A stretch of 62,309 bases of DNA, filler included, from Hausera hauseri (lineage: Eukaryota), in assembly GCA_046269625.1 (NCBI GenBank). It is 13 parts of 13 records of this genome, joined end to end, with 100 filler letters (N's around TTAATTAATTAA, not from the genome) between each part and the next. Parts side by side here need not be neighbours in the genome. Positions count along the whole stretch, not along the records: positions 23,500 to 27,688 come from JBJURY010711659.1; positions 27,789 to 31,829 come from JBJURY010800756.1; positions 31,930 to 35,902 come from JBJURY010847302.1; positions 36,003 to 42,955 come from JBJURY010049108.1; 9 more parts are not named here. One strand, 5' to 3'. A program made the position numbers and the translations under genes. The notes under the pieces are model-generated. The model saw nothing but the letters and a program-made list of their open reading frames with translations, made no database searches and had not been told where the DNA came from. Each line of letters begins with the position of its first letter. Position 1 is the first letter of the stretch. Positions 24,948 through 37,331 of this stretch are shown piece by piece.

Positions 24948-26819
24948 CCGATGAGTTTCTTTCCTTTCTTCCAGTCACATACCAGTTTAATGTTTATCCG
25001 GTTCCGGATGTTCTGCATAGTTTTGCCAAAGACCGAGTTGTTGCAAAGTTTGAATTGGTCCTTTTCAAACTCGTTTTTGGCATAGGCCCTCAACTGGGTA
25101 TTGAGGTCTATGTATGGATTCAGCCATTTGTACTGGCTGAACGGCAGGGCCCGATGAATCCTGATGACTCGGAGTCCATTTTGGATGGTCTGTTGGAAAT
25201 TTATGTAGTAAACTACATACCTCTCTCTGTTTTGGAGGTGACAGAACAGCTTCTTATGCTTACCATTCGGCGGCCTCTTGCTCTCCGGCAGAAATGGCAG
25301 CTGATCATGCTTTGTGTGGATGCTATGTGGGTATTCCACATCCACCTCCAGTATATAGCCCGTATCTCCAGTGGGATCTAGGTCCAAAATTTGGATGTCT
25401 TCAGGATTCTCGACTAATATAAAGTTATCGTAGGGCAATGGGTTGGCATCCAGATATGATGGATAATAATCTGCCATGTATTTGTTGTTGGCCTCACTGT
25501 ACCTGTGAATGGCCTGGCATATTCCACCCCTGATGCCTTTCTCAACCATGACGACCATATTGTAGTCCTTTAATATATGGAGTCTTATGCCGGTATAGCG
25601 CAGCATCGCTGCCCAGCTCATTCCTGGAGCTGTAAAGAAATGGGCTGGATATAACTTGTGGCTCTTAAGGGTCACATCCCGGAAGCTTTCGAAGACATTG
25701 TAAGCAGTACCACATCTGTGAGGAGATAGATATCACTTTATTCTCCCATCGTCCTGCACTGGAAGGTTTGCCATACTCTTTGGGCATGCTCATAGTCAGC
25801 ATCGCTAATATGACTAGATGACAACTGACTATAAAAGTCCTTCTTGTCCGGTAATGCTACTTCATCCAGTGTTTCTCATAACGTTATATAGTCATAGGGG
25901 AACACGTCTTTCCTCTTGATCAGGTCAAATGCACTGGGGAAGAACAGCTTCGTCTCCTTGAGTTCTTCTGCATGGAGGTTCTTCACTGAACTATCCAGTG
26001 ACGAGCTCATGAAGCGTAAGCTCTCTATGAATCGAAGTCTAATGCGGCTTATATGCTTAGCAAATGTGATAGATTTTTCCTCACTGTTTGGAATGACATC
26101 AATGTTCCCCCCAATATTACTCAGTTCCCGAACAATGAAGTGGGAATCATAGCCAGTGAGATTGTTGAACACTACAGGCATATATGTTCATGTTTTGCAG
26201 CGTAAGTTGCATTTGTTGCATGCTGCTCCTCGATATTTGCCTGTAAAATGGCAATGATTCTTGACTTTATGATTCTCCTTAGTGAAGGACTTGTAGCACA
26301 AGTAACATGTTGTTGCCTTGCACCATTCTTCAGCTTGTCTCCACGACATGCTCATTGTATTCTTGTGCTGCTGAAGCATGTTTTCCAGCTTATGAGCCAT
26401 ATCTTCAAGTCGTTTCATGAAATTTGCTGCTGCGCTTAGACCCCTGAATGGAAATGGTTTACTGTCCAGTCCTTTGGCATACATGCAATACCATGAGAGT
26501 TCATGATATTGGTATGCCGTTGTGCTGCTATGTTGAGGACTGGGTTTTTGAGGTTTTTGAGGACTATGTTTTTTCGACTTAGTGAAGGAAATCAAGTGCT
26601 GTTTATGAACATTGTAAAAGTCTTCATAATTGATTTGGCGAACTACCTGAAACGTAGGGCATATATAATGCTGAACTCTGTTGTACATATGGCAAAATTA
26701 TTTCTTCATAACATTGTGGCAATTTTCCAGCTCGTGGATTTGAGCCAAACATTTGCTGTAAAGGTTGCACATCCAAAATCAACCAATTATTTAAGGAGCA
26801 CAATTAAAAAACTCACCAT
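24948..26819 (-). pseudogene. Polinton/Maverick-type protein-primed DNA polymerase B, copy B (internally deleted, 3' truncated)
   Basis: CYLC..HCHFTGKYRGAACNKCNL, FNNLTGYDSH (Exo II), GIRGGI, YLDAN and FKLCNNSVFGKTM (motif B). Confidence 0.92.
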
Positions 26820-27339
26820 TCGTTGAAATGATTTTGGAAATAATGAAAAATATAGTCATATCACCATGTACTGCCTCGCTTATTGATTGGTTTTAATGCG
26901 CATTTATTTTAATGCATCAATAAAATTGAATACATGGTGGCGCCAAATTTAAGGTTTTCCTATATGGGGAATCGAATGGCCTCATTAGATTCTTCGAATA
27001 ATCCATGCTTAACCGAGTTTTTTAGTTCAAATAGCTAAGTATTTGACTTGTGAGCTCGAATTCGAATACCTGATGCCATATGCCGATTCAACATACATGA
27101 TTTCCTATCCAGTTCCGCTATTAGATTTATTGATTTCCGCTTCATTGGACTTTAAATGCACATTTTGCTTAATTCGAAATATTGATTTTGTGCCTATATA
27201 GTACATTTTCATGGAATAATTTTCATGTACAGGTGGGTGTTCAAACATGACGAATCGATTCCCGCTGTTAGATTTTTCGAATAGTTCGAACTTCGATATT
27301 CGAGCTCGAAAATATTTGAATTTCGAATTTTGATTTGAC

Positions 27340-27688
27340 ACTGTGCACTATCGATCCATAAAGTGCCTAGCAACGGTGCCGCTAGGCACCGTTGCCAAGG
27401 GCACCTTTGCACTTTTCACTTATCTATCGCTGCTCAGTGCACTATTGACCGAATCGATCGGGACAAAGGGTTAATCGATAGAGCACATCAAGGCGCACCG
27501 ATTGGTGCACAGTGCAAGTACGCAGCACATGTGCAAGTGTCCAAAAATCAATAATATTGGATTTCCGATATTTTAAAAATCGATTATTAGGGTTCGGGAC
27601 CGGGTGCCATAGGTAGTGCACTTGATGTTGTATATGAATGTGCAGTTAGAATTTAAATCGATTGATTGGTTTTCGAATAATTCGCAAG
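27340..27688 (+). repeat. Palindrome-rich terminal repeat copy, inverted relative to 24535-24880
   Basis: The reverse complement aligns along ~350 bp; contains the hairpin GCAACGGTGCC-GCTA-GGCACCGTTGC. Confidence 0.85.
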
Positions 27689-27974
27689 NNNNNNNNNNNN
27701 NNNNNNNNNNNNNNNNNNNNNNNNNNNNNNNNTTAATTAATTAANNNNNNNNNNNNNNNNNNNNNNNNNNNNNNNNNNNNNNNNNNNNGTAAATGTCGCA
27801 CTGTATTGATTATTCAAATTTATTGATTTTATTGATCTAAGTTTTACTTGGTCTTAACCTATATAATAGTTACTTAGTTTTACTTGGTCTTATCCCACAT
27901 TACTTGATTAAGAAGACAGCACAATATTTCTATACAAAATTTATTAAAGAAAGAACAACAATGAATAACAATAT

Positions 27975-30900
27975 TTATAATGCTACATGTCTGTGAGGTA
28001 GTTATGGATTCCATCGCTGAGGATCTGCCTCTTTTCATCCATCCAATCTAGGCTTTTCTTATGCATAGTTGCTGTTTGGATGTTATGATCCCTAGATTGG
28101 ATCCTTCTCATCTCTGATATGATGTGAGTGTACACCTGCAGAACTCTCACATAGCCCATTAATCATCCTGATATATTCCCTCTTAATTCCTCATAATCTT
28201 GGTATATTCCCTATTGAATCCTCATCATCCTGATATATTCTCGCCTTAATGCCTATAATCCTGATATATTCTCTCCTTATAATCCTCCATAATACTTATA
28301 TATTCCTTCAATAATCCTTATTATTTTGGTACACTCCCTCTAATTCTAATATATTCCCTGATTAGTCCTTACTGTTTTGATGCTATGATCTCTAGATTGC
28401 ATCCTTCGCATCTCTGATATGAGTCTGCTTATACAGAAATCTCACATTGTCCTCAAAACTGATCTTCTTGGTCAATGTAGCCCTTTTAACGCCCTTGGCC
28501 CTGTTTTTGATCTGGCCACATACATTTAGAGGATACATTTTGAACCTAAGAGCTACAAATCTCAAGACGAATCCTCCATTGGCCCTTTCTTTGAATTTCC
28601 CTAAGATTTTCTTGTTGGCAATTGAATAGTTGGGATGATCCTTTGGATAGTCCGAGGTATACATGTGTTGAGCCAATTGTGCAAAGTCCTTAAAAATATC
28701 ATCTATATGAATTTGATAGATGAAACTATCAGTATCCATATACATCAGTTGTATGGGCTTGAATGTGGGGACCATGATGTCATAATGGAATTTATACATT
28801 AAGGTCTTTGACAGGTCGAGGATTATCATACCCACATATATGGGCTTGTTGGATACTAATGCTGTTTTCGGCATATAGATGCCTACCCAGTTCTCAGTAT
28901 ATGTGGTGCTGCTATGGAAGATAGTCTTGGCAATAAGCTTCTTTGCCCAATTCCAGTCACATACTAACTCCATGTTGATCCTATTGCAGATATTCTCCAT
29001 GGTCTTGCCAAAAACGCTGTTATTATATAGTTTGTATTGACCTCTCTCAAAGTCATTCTTGGCATTAGTCCGCAGCTTCGTATTGAGATCTATGTATGAC
29101 CACAGCCACATAAACTGGCTGAACTGCAGGACTCTATGGATCTTAGTAATACGAAGTCCATATCTAACTGCATGCTGGAGATTGATGTAGTAGACTGCAT
29201 ACCTCTCCGTCTTACCGAGATGGCAAAGCAGCTTTCTCTGCTTTCCATGGGGGGGAGGCCTGCTCTCAGGGAGGAAAGGCAGCTGTTGATGCCTTGTGTG
29301 GATAGAAGCCGGATATTCCATATCCACCTCCAGTATGTAGCCCGTATTTCCAGTGGGACCTAGGTCCAGTATAAGGATGTTTTGCAGGATTCTCGACCCA
29401 CTTGAAGTTATCATATAGCAATGGGGTGCTCACTGCCCATCCATACAAGTCTTTGGCATCCAGGTATAATATATATAAGGATTTTTTTCTTGAGTTGTAT
29501 TCGCCAATATACTTGTTGTTGGCCTCACTATACCAATGAATGACCTGGCATATTCCACCTCTAATGCCTCTGTCAATCATAAGGATCAATCGTAATCCTT
29601 AATGATATGAAGCCTAATACCAATATAGCGCAGCATTGCTGCCCAACTCATTCCTATAGCCGTAAAGAAATGAGCCGGATCCAATGTATTGCTCTTCAGT
29701 GCAACATCCCTGAAACTCTCAAAGACATCTGTCAGAAGCAGCACGTCCGTCTTTAGGTATATATCGCTGTATTCTCCTATTGTTCGGCACTGAAACACAT
29801 GTCAGATGTTCTGAGCATGCTGATAGTCAGCATCACTAATATCGTAATCAGACAGAATAATGTAAAAGTCCTTCTTGGCCGGCAATAAGGCCTCATCCAG
29901 TGTTTGCCATGAAGTTATATAGTTATAGGGGAACACGCCTTTCCTCTTGACGAGGTCAAATGCCGTGGGAAAGAATCGCTTCGTTTCCTCGAGTTCTTCG
30001 GCAGGCAGGTTCTTCACTAAACTGTCCAGTGAAGATGACACAAAACAAAAGCTGTCTGTGAAGCGAAGTCGGATTTTGTCCAATATGCTTCGTAAATATG
30101 ATGTATTTTTTTCACTCTTTGGGATCACATCTATATTATCGTTAATGTTGCCTAATTCTCGGACTATATAATGGGAATCATAGCCACTAAGATTATGAAA
30201 CACTACGGGCACATATGTGCATGTTTTGCAGCGAAGATTGAAGTTGTTACATGCTGCTCCCAGATAAGCACCTGTAAAATGGTAGTAATCCTCGACATTC
30301 CATTTTTCCTTGGTGAAGTACTTGTCACACAAGTAACATGTTGTTGCGTTGCGCCATTCTTCTTCTTGTTTCCACGACATCCTCATATTATCCTTGTGCT
30401 GCTGAAGCATGTCTTCAATCTTATGAGCCATGTCTTCAAGCCTCTTCATGAAATGAGCTGCTGCGCCTGGACCCCTGAATAGAAATGGTTCACAGTTCAG
30501 TCCTTTGGCATACATGCAATATGATGAGAGCTCATGATATTGGTATGCCTTTATGCTGCTATGTTGAGTACTGGGAGTGCATGTCTGAACTGGTCGGAGA
30601 ATAGCTTCAAAGTCTCAATAGACGACAATTGGGACCATGAGCTTCTTCTCGAACACCTTGAATTCAATGTAATCCTCCTTGGGAAATTCCGGTCTGATAC
30701 AATAATTGTTGTTGCAGTGCATCTTGTGCTCTGCAAGCTTATCCACTGCAGTATCATTGCTAAAATGGGTCAAGTATTGTTTGAATATTTCGATTTTTCC
30801 ATGATGATTCATAATTTGGGATCTGACTAGACGCTCAAAGTTCTTTATCCAAACATAATGTTTCTTTTCTACATCGTCAAGTAGGAGAAGATTCCTATGA

Positions 30901-31829
30901 TCTTCCAATTCAACATCGCATATCTGCATGGGATAGAATTTGCCTTCATCATCTAATCCAAAGATGTTGATGGATATATTGTTGATTTGAATGAACTTCT
31001 TGACTTCATCTGTGAATGGCGGGAACTAAATACATTAGAAATCATAGTTGTGCTGCAGATCATTACATAGCCCGTACGAGTTTTGATAGAATGGCATACA
31101 TGAAACACTTGCTGTCATTATTATGGACATTAATGCGAACGTTTTTCTGACACAAGCAATCTCTTGATGGTTGCCAGAGTCCATCCGCTTTTCTTACTCT
31201 GGCACTCATCAGCTTCACGGATTAGCTTTGCATGCTCTTCATTCAGCCATTCTATTATATTAGTGACTTCAAAAATGGTACTATTTCTGGTCTTGAATGC
31301 CCTTTTGAACTCTTCGCCTTCAACATTGACGAATGTGACCTCAAGTTTTATATTAGCCTTAATGGGCTTGAGCTCAGCTATGTTGTTCTGTATAATCTCT
31401 ATTGTTTCTTCCTTTGCGTACTCCAGGAACTCCTTCATTGTTCTTTGACCAGTTGCATCAATGACATATTTGCGAACTTTTCTCTTTAATGCTGCAGCAT
31501 TAACTGGCCGCTGTCTTTGGCTCTTTGATGGAGCAGGTGTGTCTGATGCGTCTGTTGGTCCTGATGAGCCTGATTGACCTGATGAGCGTGATGGGCCTGA
31601 TGTGCGTTTTAGTCCTGCATCTGGAAGCACTGCTGCATTTGGCTGTGCTGTTGCAACTGGCTTTAGTTCATTAAATATGATCTTCTTTGTCTTTGCAGTG
31701 AAGTCAGTCAAATGACGTTTGTTATATTCATAAAACTGTATGTATTCTCCATCACATACAGTCTCACATCCTGCGCAAATATAATAGAGGATCCTATTAA
31801 ATTTGTGTCCATAATACATCCTCATGGTA
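27975..31829 (-). pseudogene. Polinton-type pPolB, copy C (5' cut by the contig edge; 3' end partly duplicated)
   Basis: KKHYVWIK, FHNLSGYDSH, YLKTDVLLLTDVF, YLDAKDLYGWA, KLYNNSVFGKTMEN, YMDTDS and RAKGVK; frameshifts and stops. Confidence 0.95.
28160..28372. repeat. ~30-bp minisatellite between two copies of the pPolB 3' end
   Basis: About seven units like AATCCTCATAATCCTGATATATTCCCT, flanked by duplicated TGTTTGGATGTTATGATC..TAGATTG..TCCTT..CATCTCTGATATGA (~28073 and ~28374). Confidence 0.8.
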
Positions 31830-31929
31830 NNNNNNNNNNNNNNNNNNNNNNNNNNNNNNNNNNNNNNNNNNNNTTAATTAATTAANNNNNNNNNNNNNNN
31901 NNNNNNNNNNNNNNNNNNNNNNNNNNNNN

Positions 31930-33030
31930 TCATGGGGATTATTGGCGATGCTAACTCGGGGTTGGCATATATTAGAGCTAGTTTAGTTCGCATGATTTCT
32001 AGAACTAATTACAATAGTTCGTTATAATTATGTGGTATAGTTCGATTATTCCGGCCTGTCCTTTGTAATAGAAATAGTCATCTCCACTTTTCAAATAATC
32101 TTCGATTCGTATATCTTGAGTCTCGAGCTTGAATGCCTTAGCATTTATCTCCGTTTCGGCTGCAAAAATGCTTCGTAATTAGTGGCGTACATCACTACGT
32201 CGCAACGTGTGAGTACGTCCTTTTTCACTAATTTTAATCTGAGTGTCGGAAACTAATATTGTAGGAGCAGGTTGTTCTGCTACGTCTTCTCGTGTTTTCG
32301 AATTAATATTCATACTATTTACATAACGTCTTCCTGACGTTTCATTAAACTTTAGTTCTTTAATTTTGATAAAATTGCAATCAATTTTCATTGGGGGTAC
32401 CTAGATTACGACTAAACTGATAAAACCACAAGTGCCGCCTTGTATGTGACATTTGGTTTTCGGTATAAAGTTTAGTAACGCTATGAAACATCACTTTTTG
32501 TGCTCGCATTTCAGTTTCATAGAAATCTACAACTACTATGTTTGCTTCTTTTCCTTTACCGATGTCATATTCTGCACCATTACAATGTCCAGTATGCACA
32601 TCTAGCTTTCCTACTGCTACTTTAAAAGCTCTGATTATTTTTCCTTACTATNNNNNNNNNNTGTAGTTCCATACCATCCCATTGTAATCTACTAGTTTCT
32701 CTAGCCTGTTTACAATGCTGCCTCTCTAGGTTCATTGGGATTGGTGGAGTCGTGGGTTTTATTATTGATGAATGTCCATGCATTAGTCCACAATGGAGAA
32801 TACTACGGGATCTACGTAACATACATTCTATCCCATCTAACAAGATTAGTTCACGTTGTTGATATAATACATAATTTTTCTCTTACTAATTTTTGCGGCC
32901 TTGCATTTTTGCACGTTTCTAAATCCATTAGTAAATATTTTTGGCCAAGTTTGAATGTCACAGTCGTATACCATGACGGCTCCCATTTGCTTTACTAACA
33001 TCAACACGGTTAGGAAGTTAATTAGCCAAT
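31930..33030 (-). pseudogene. Chuvirus-like (class III fusion-type) envelope glycoprotein; disrupted and 3' truncated
   Basis: Signal peptide WLINFLTVLMLVKQMGA, then VYDC..QKC..IECMLRRSRSILHCGLMHGHSS..HC..GHCNGAEY..NIVV..DCNF..ELYHIIITNYC..MRTKLAL..P, matching the recalled chuvirus G cysteine and motif order. Confidence 0.7.
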
Positions 33031-33699
33031 TCGATTCGTTTCCTCGGTTATTACCAGTTAAATTCCGTACCATATCTTCGAGTCTCCTATTTCTATTGCT
33101 AGAAGATAGTCTATTCTGATATTCCTCTTCTTTTTCACACAGTTTGGACAATTTACTTCTCGAGGTAACTTTCTATCGGCCTTCCGAGATAGACTAGTGA
33201 CTCTGTTAAATTCATTGTCTAGATTTGGATTTGTTCTAATGGCCAAATATAGTAGCACTTTTCTCAATTCTTCCATGGTATTCTCTACCATAATTTTCTC
33301 AATCACTATTTCGTCAGTTAAAATGTTTTTTGATAATCTAAAACGGGAATTTCTCATCGTTCTGAATACATTATATATAGCTTTTTCTTTCTCATCTAGT
33401 AAGTCGCCGCGGAGACTAGAGTAATTTACGATACGTATTAAATTCTTCAGGAGTTCGTTTAATTCTTCGTTATATGCAATGAAAGTAGGTATCGACATTT
33501 GTCGTAATTCCCTAATCAAATATCCATTGTAGTTTACTTCTCATATTTTTCTTGGTCTACCAACAGGATTTATTCTGCCTTGCCGTAACTGATACAACCT
33601 TGCTAGGTGGTACTAAATTTTTATCGTATCGCCTCAGACTCCCATGATTCGTCTGACACATTGGTCCGTTTTAGCTTTACGCGCGGCTTCTTTCGTCTC

Positions 33700-33931
33700 C
33701 TCATTTGCGACTATCGCCACTATACGATTTATTTCATCTGGGATAATTCCAAAGTCTACCAACTGTTCTAATTCGCTTAATATTCTACCTCTAAAATAAA
33801 GTCTATAACTTAGCTCATTTCCGCCACCATTGTTTATTAGCCATTGTTTTACGTCTCTCACAGAAGAATGCGTTATAAACTCATTCTTTTTCGTCTATCC
33901 ATTCAGATGATATTTTTACTTTTATCGTCAT
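33700..33931 (-). pseudogene. Ubiquitin-like domain inside the retroelement (one frameshift)
   Basis: MTIKVKISS..SSVRDVKQWL..SYRLYFRGRILSELEQLVDFGI aligns with ubiquitin [36 protein letters not shown]; no terminal GG. Confidence 0.65.
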
Positions 33932-35347
33932 TTCAGGGTTTGCCCTAAAGATTTTATCATATTTCTTTATTAAAAGTTTTGGTACAGCACTATAAATCGT
34001 GTTCTCGCTAGGTAATTTAGAGTAGGAATAAGTTGTGTTAAACTATTTTCAGTAATATTTATGTTAATAAGTTTGAATAAATCTCTCCGTAAGCGCTGAA
34101 TCAAGAAGCGTTTCCACATTGAATCTCCGGTCATGTAGGCACGTCTCCGTTTCGTACAGGTGTACAGGAGTTTTCGTATTCTCAGCAACTATTGCGTCTA
34201 AATACGCATCCCATTCTGGATCTTTTTACTTCTCTGGAGGTCCGTAATCAATTATTGGCATATCCGTTGGTCGGATTGCATTTACGCTCCGTACCATTTC
34301 TTTTCGCACAATTTCTGTAGCATTTTAACCATTTGTGTTGTCCGGAAGCAACGTCCATCTCCGGAAACATGGTGCAATAATGTTAGAAGCTGACATAGTT
34401 CGACAGCCTGGATCAATCCTTTCACTATGTAATTGTTCAGAAGCTACAAAATCTTTGTACAAATTCTGGTTTATTGGCTATTTTAGATTCGGTAAGGGCG
34501 TATTTATTCTTATAGATTTCCAATTCTTTAGTTAATTCATCTATTGCTGCTTTTCTTTGATCGGTGCGAATTTGTACTTTCCGAGCTTGACGTATCCGAC
34601 TATGCCGCTGTCCCATTTTCTCCCGCCGATTTCAGCCATGTCGACTAACAATATCGCCAATTTGCTTATTTCTTCTAAAATTTTGGAGTCTGGATCAATC
34701 TCTGATTAATCTCTTTATAAAGCTTGTTTCTTCAACAGTAAGCCAGTGATCTTCTATTATTTCCATTAATTCCACGTGCCATTTTTTATCCGACCCAGGC
34801 ATGCAATTAGCTGGGTTCTTGAAGAATTTTATCACATCTGCAATAGAGTTCTCGAAGTCTGAACAGACCTCTAATATTTCCAGCTCGTATGTTGTGACCT
34901 TAATGGGCTTCTCCGTTAAGTGTCAGATCCCTACTAAACAAAGCCTTCTAATTCTTGGGTAGAACTAAGTTGAACTAAGTTCTGGTGTATTTAGACTGAG
35001 CTCTACGTCCTTGACCATTGGGGATAGTGAACGATCTTTACCTTTCCGTTTTAACGATGGACTACGACCTCTATTTTTCGTGATTCTAAGTATTAGTGGC
35101 TCCAAAAATTCCTTTTCATCACCGACTTCTGTAATTCTGTTCACTTTTTCGACCGCATATTCAAGTTCTGCATCTAAATCTACTTCGTTTGAAGTTTTCG
35201 GTTTATGCGTTTTATCACTACTTTATTAACTACGGGAACTTTTTCCGTTACATGTCGGTGAATTTTGATGGAGCTATAGAGCGCTCATATTCAGTTTTTG
35301 GCTTACGGAGGCCATGATAAACGTCTAATAATCAAAACTTATGCTCA

Positions 35348-35902
35348 TTAATATCTAGCCATTAAAGCTTTGGAGTCATTAGTATCAGCTTGGCCTTTTA
35401 AAAACCGTCGCAAATCTCGTATATCAATAACAATGCTTGTATCTCTGCAGATACCGTAGATTGCTTCTAAATTTTCATTTTTAATTACACTAGTTTTTCT
35501 AGGTTCAACAAACGAAACACTTCGTGGGTTTGGATAGAACCTTGCTATGTGCCCTTCTTGTCCACATGTGTAGCAAATTAGATTTCGATCTACTCCAATT
35601 TCTGCTATAATTCTGGTTCGACGGAACTTGTCTACTATCCCCATTTTGGAGATTATCATTACTGCAGTTATCATTGTACCAGTTTCTATTATTAAAACTT
35701 CTATGACTGTCCGAATGTCTATCTGTACCATAGTTTGGTTTGCTAGATGAATTATTTCGGTCACTGCCGTAATTTCTGTTACCATACCGATTATTTCTAT
35801 AGTCATTATTACTATTCTGATTTCTATTTTCATAATTTCCATCACTGTTAAATCGCTTATTATCTCTACCGAGATTATCGTTCCGGTTTCTATCATTATG
35901 AT
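35348..35902 (-). pseudogene. LTR-retroelement Gag C-terminus: N/R/D-rich region plus CCHC knuckle
   Basis: An alternate frame reads HNDRNRNDNLGRDNKRFN..NRNYG; a frameshift leads into CYTCGQEGHIARF(Y)P. Confidence 0.75.
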
Positions 35903-36187
35903 NNNNNNNNNNNNNNNNNNNNNNNNNNNNNNNNNNNNNNNNNNNNTTAATTAATTAANNNNNNNNNNNNNNNNNNNNNNNNNNNNNNNNNNNNNNNNNN
36001 NNCTGCTCTCTGATTGGCCAGTTTTCCTTACCCCCGATGACGTGTCCTCCGACCATTGGTTACTTTCCTTCCCTGGGGGAGGCTGTGGCGCGGTGTGCTC
36101 CCTTCTACCTACTACGCAATAAAATTAAGACTTAGTGACTCTGATAAAGTATTATGAAATCACAAGAACAAGGCTAATATCTGTCTT

Positions 36188-37331
36188 TCAAATTTGTCGG
36201 CAAGTTTTTTTTCTGTAAAGTCTAAAGAGGACATATTTAATTAAGGTGCTCTTGAGGGAATCAGCAAGACGCTTTCTGTTGTCCTCGACAACTTGTATAA
36301 GTTTCTGAATTTCTGATTCTGTCTTCGTAATGGACCTGCTAAAAGTGCTCATAAGGACAATTGAGCCCCCTGCAGCATCATTCACAACTTTCGCAGATAT
36401 GATGACTGCTTTGGTTTAAAGATATCCAGAAATTGCTTCCCAGGTCTGTGGATCAGTTCCAGATAGAACAGCTATGTTTAGCCCAAGTAACCGCAAAGCA
36501 GCAATTGATGAAGATGTTACAAGCTAGTGGAGTAGCTTGTTATCCAACTAATCACATTCAGTTGATGGGTACTTTATCCCATAGCAGACCATGGTTTCAA
36601 CAATCAACTTCTCCTCGGGAGAAACCTTGTTTGATAACAGTTGCAGCGGAATCATCTCTGGTTCCAGGTACCTCAAATGATTCTTCAACTTCTTGCATGA
36701 TACCTTGTTTATATCAGCATATTGCTGAATTCTTCTAAACAGCATTAAGCCATTCAGTGGGACATCATTTGCTACGGGACATGCAATTCATGCTGGTACA
36801 TAGACATGAGCGGCAAAGATGTAAAATTCAGTGAGGTTTTTCTCCTCGTTTGCAGTCAACTTGAATTCATTTCTGAAGACATAAATCATCATACAATAGA
36901 TGACCTTGGTCATCCATTTAACCATGTCATAGGCCCCTGGCATATGGAAGTGATAGTTAGTATCCTCAGATTGACCTGGAAGTGGTAAACAAAGAACCAG
37001 AAGACATAATTCAATCATTTTTTTGTAGTCTTCACGTTGTAGACATATGAATTTTTAGCTGACAGGAAAGACCGCAAGAAGGAGCCAACATCTGCTTTAA
37101 GCTACAGAAGCAGTGTTTCATCAAGTCGAGTATCATCTAGTGGGGCAAAACTTGCCTGGTTGATCTTTGGCCAACACTTTAGAAAACGTTCAAACAAAGC
37201 AAAGTCGGGTCCACGGCTGGAGCCAAGCAGAGTGGAGAAGACTTCACCAATGATGACTTTGTGTAGATGACGCCGACAAGCGAAGTAGAGAAGGTGTCGA
37301 TCGATCAGCTGCCCCAAGAGGAAACATGAGC
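36188..37331 (-). pseudogene. Degenerate DNA transposase, same family as 4836-6460; 5' truncated by the Polinton end
   Basis: FACRRHLH, HMPGAY..KWMTKVIY, HLRYLEPEMIPL and VVNDAA motifs. Confidence 0.75.

Noticed and set aside
24582-25085. 167-aa ORF, and similar ORFs at 27363 and 37461, as genes
   Set aside because: They run through the non-coding palindromic repeat and antisense pPolB, and the frames are not conserved between copies.
35580-35896. Ile-rich hydrophobic protein shown in the ORF track
   Set aside because: Wrong frame; the neighbouring frame gives a typical N/R/D-rich Gag segment.
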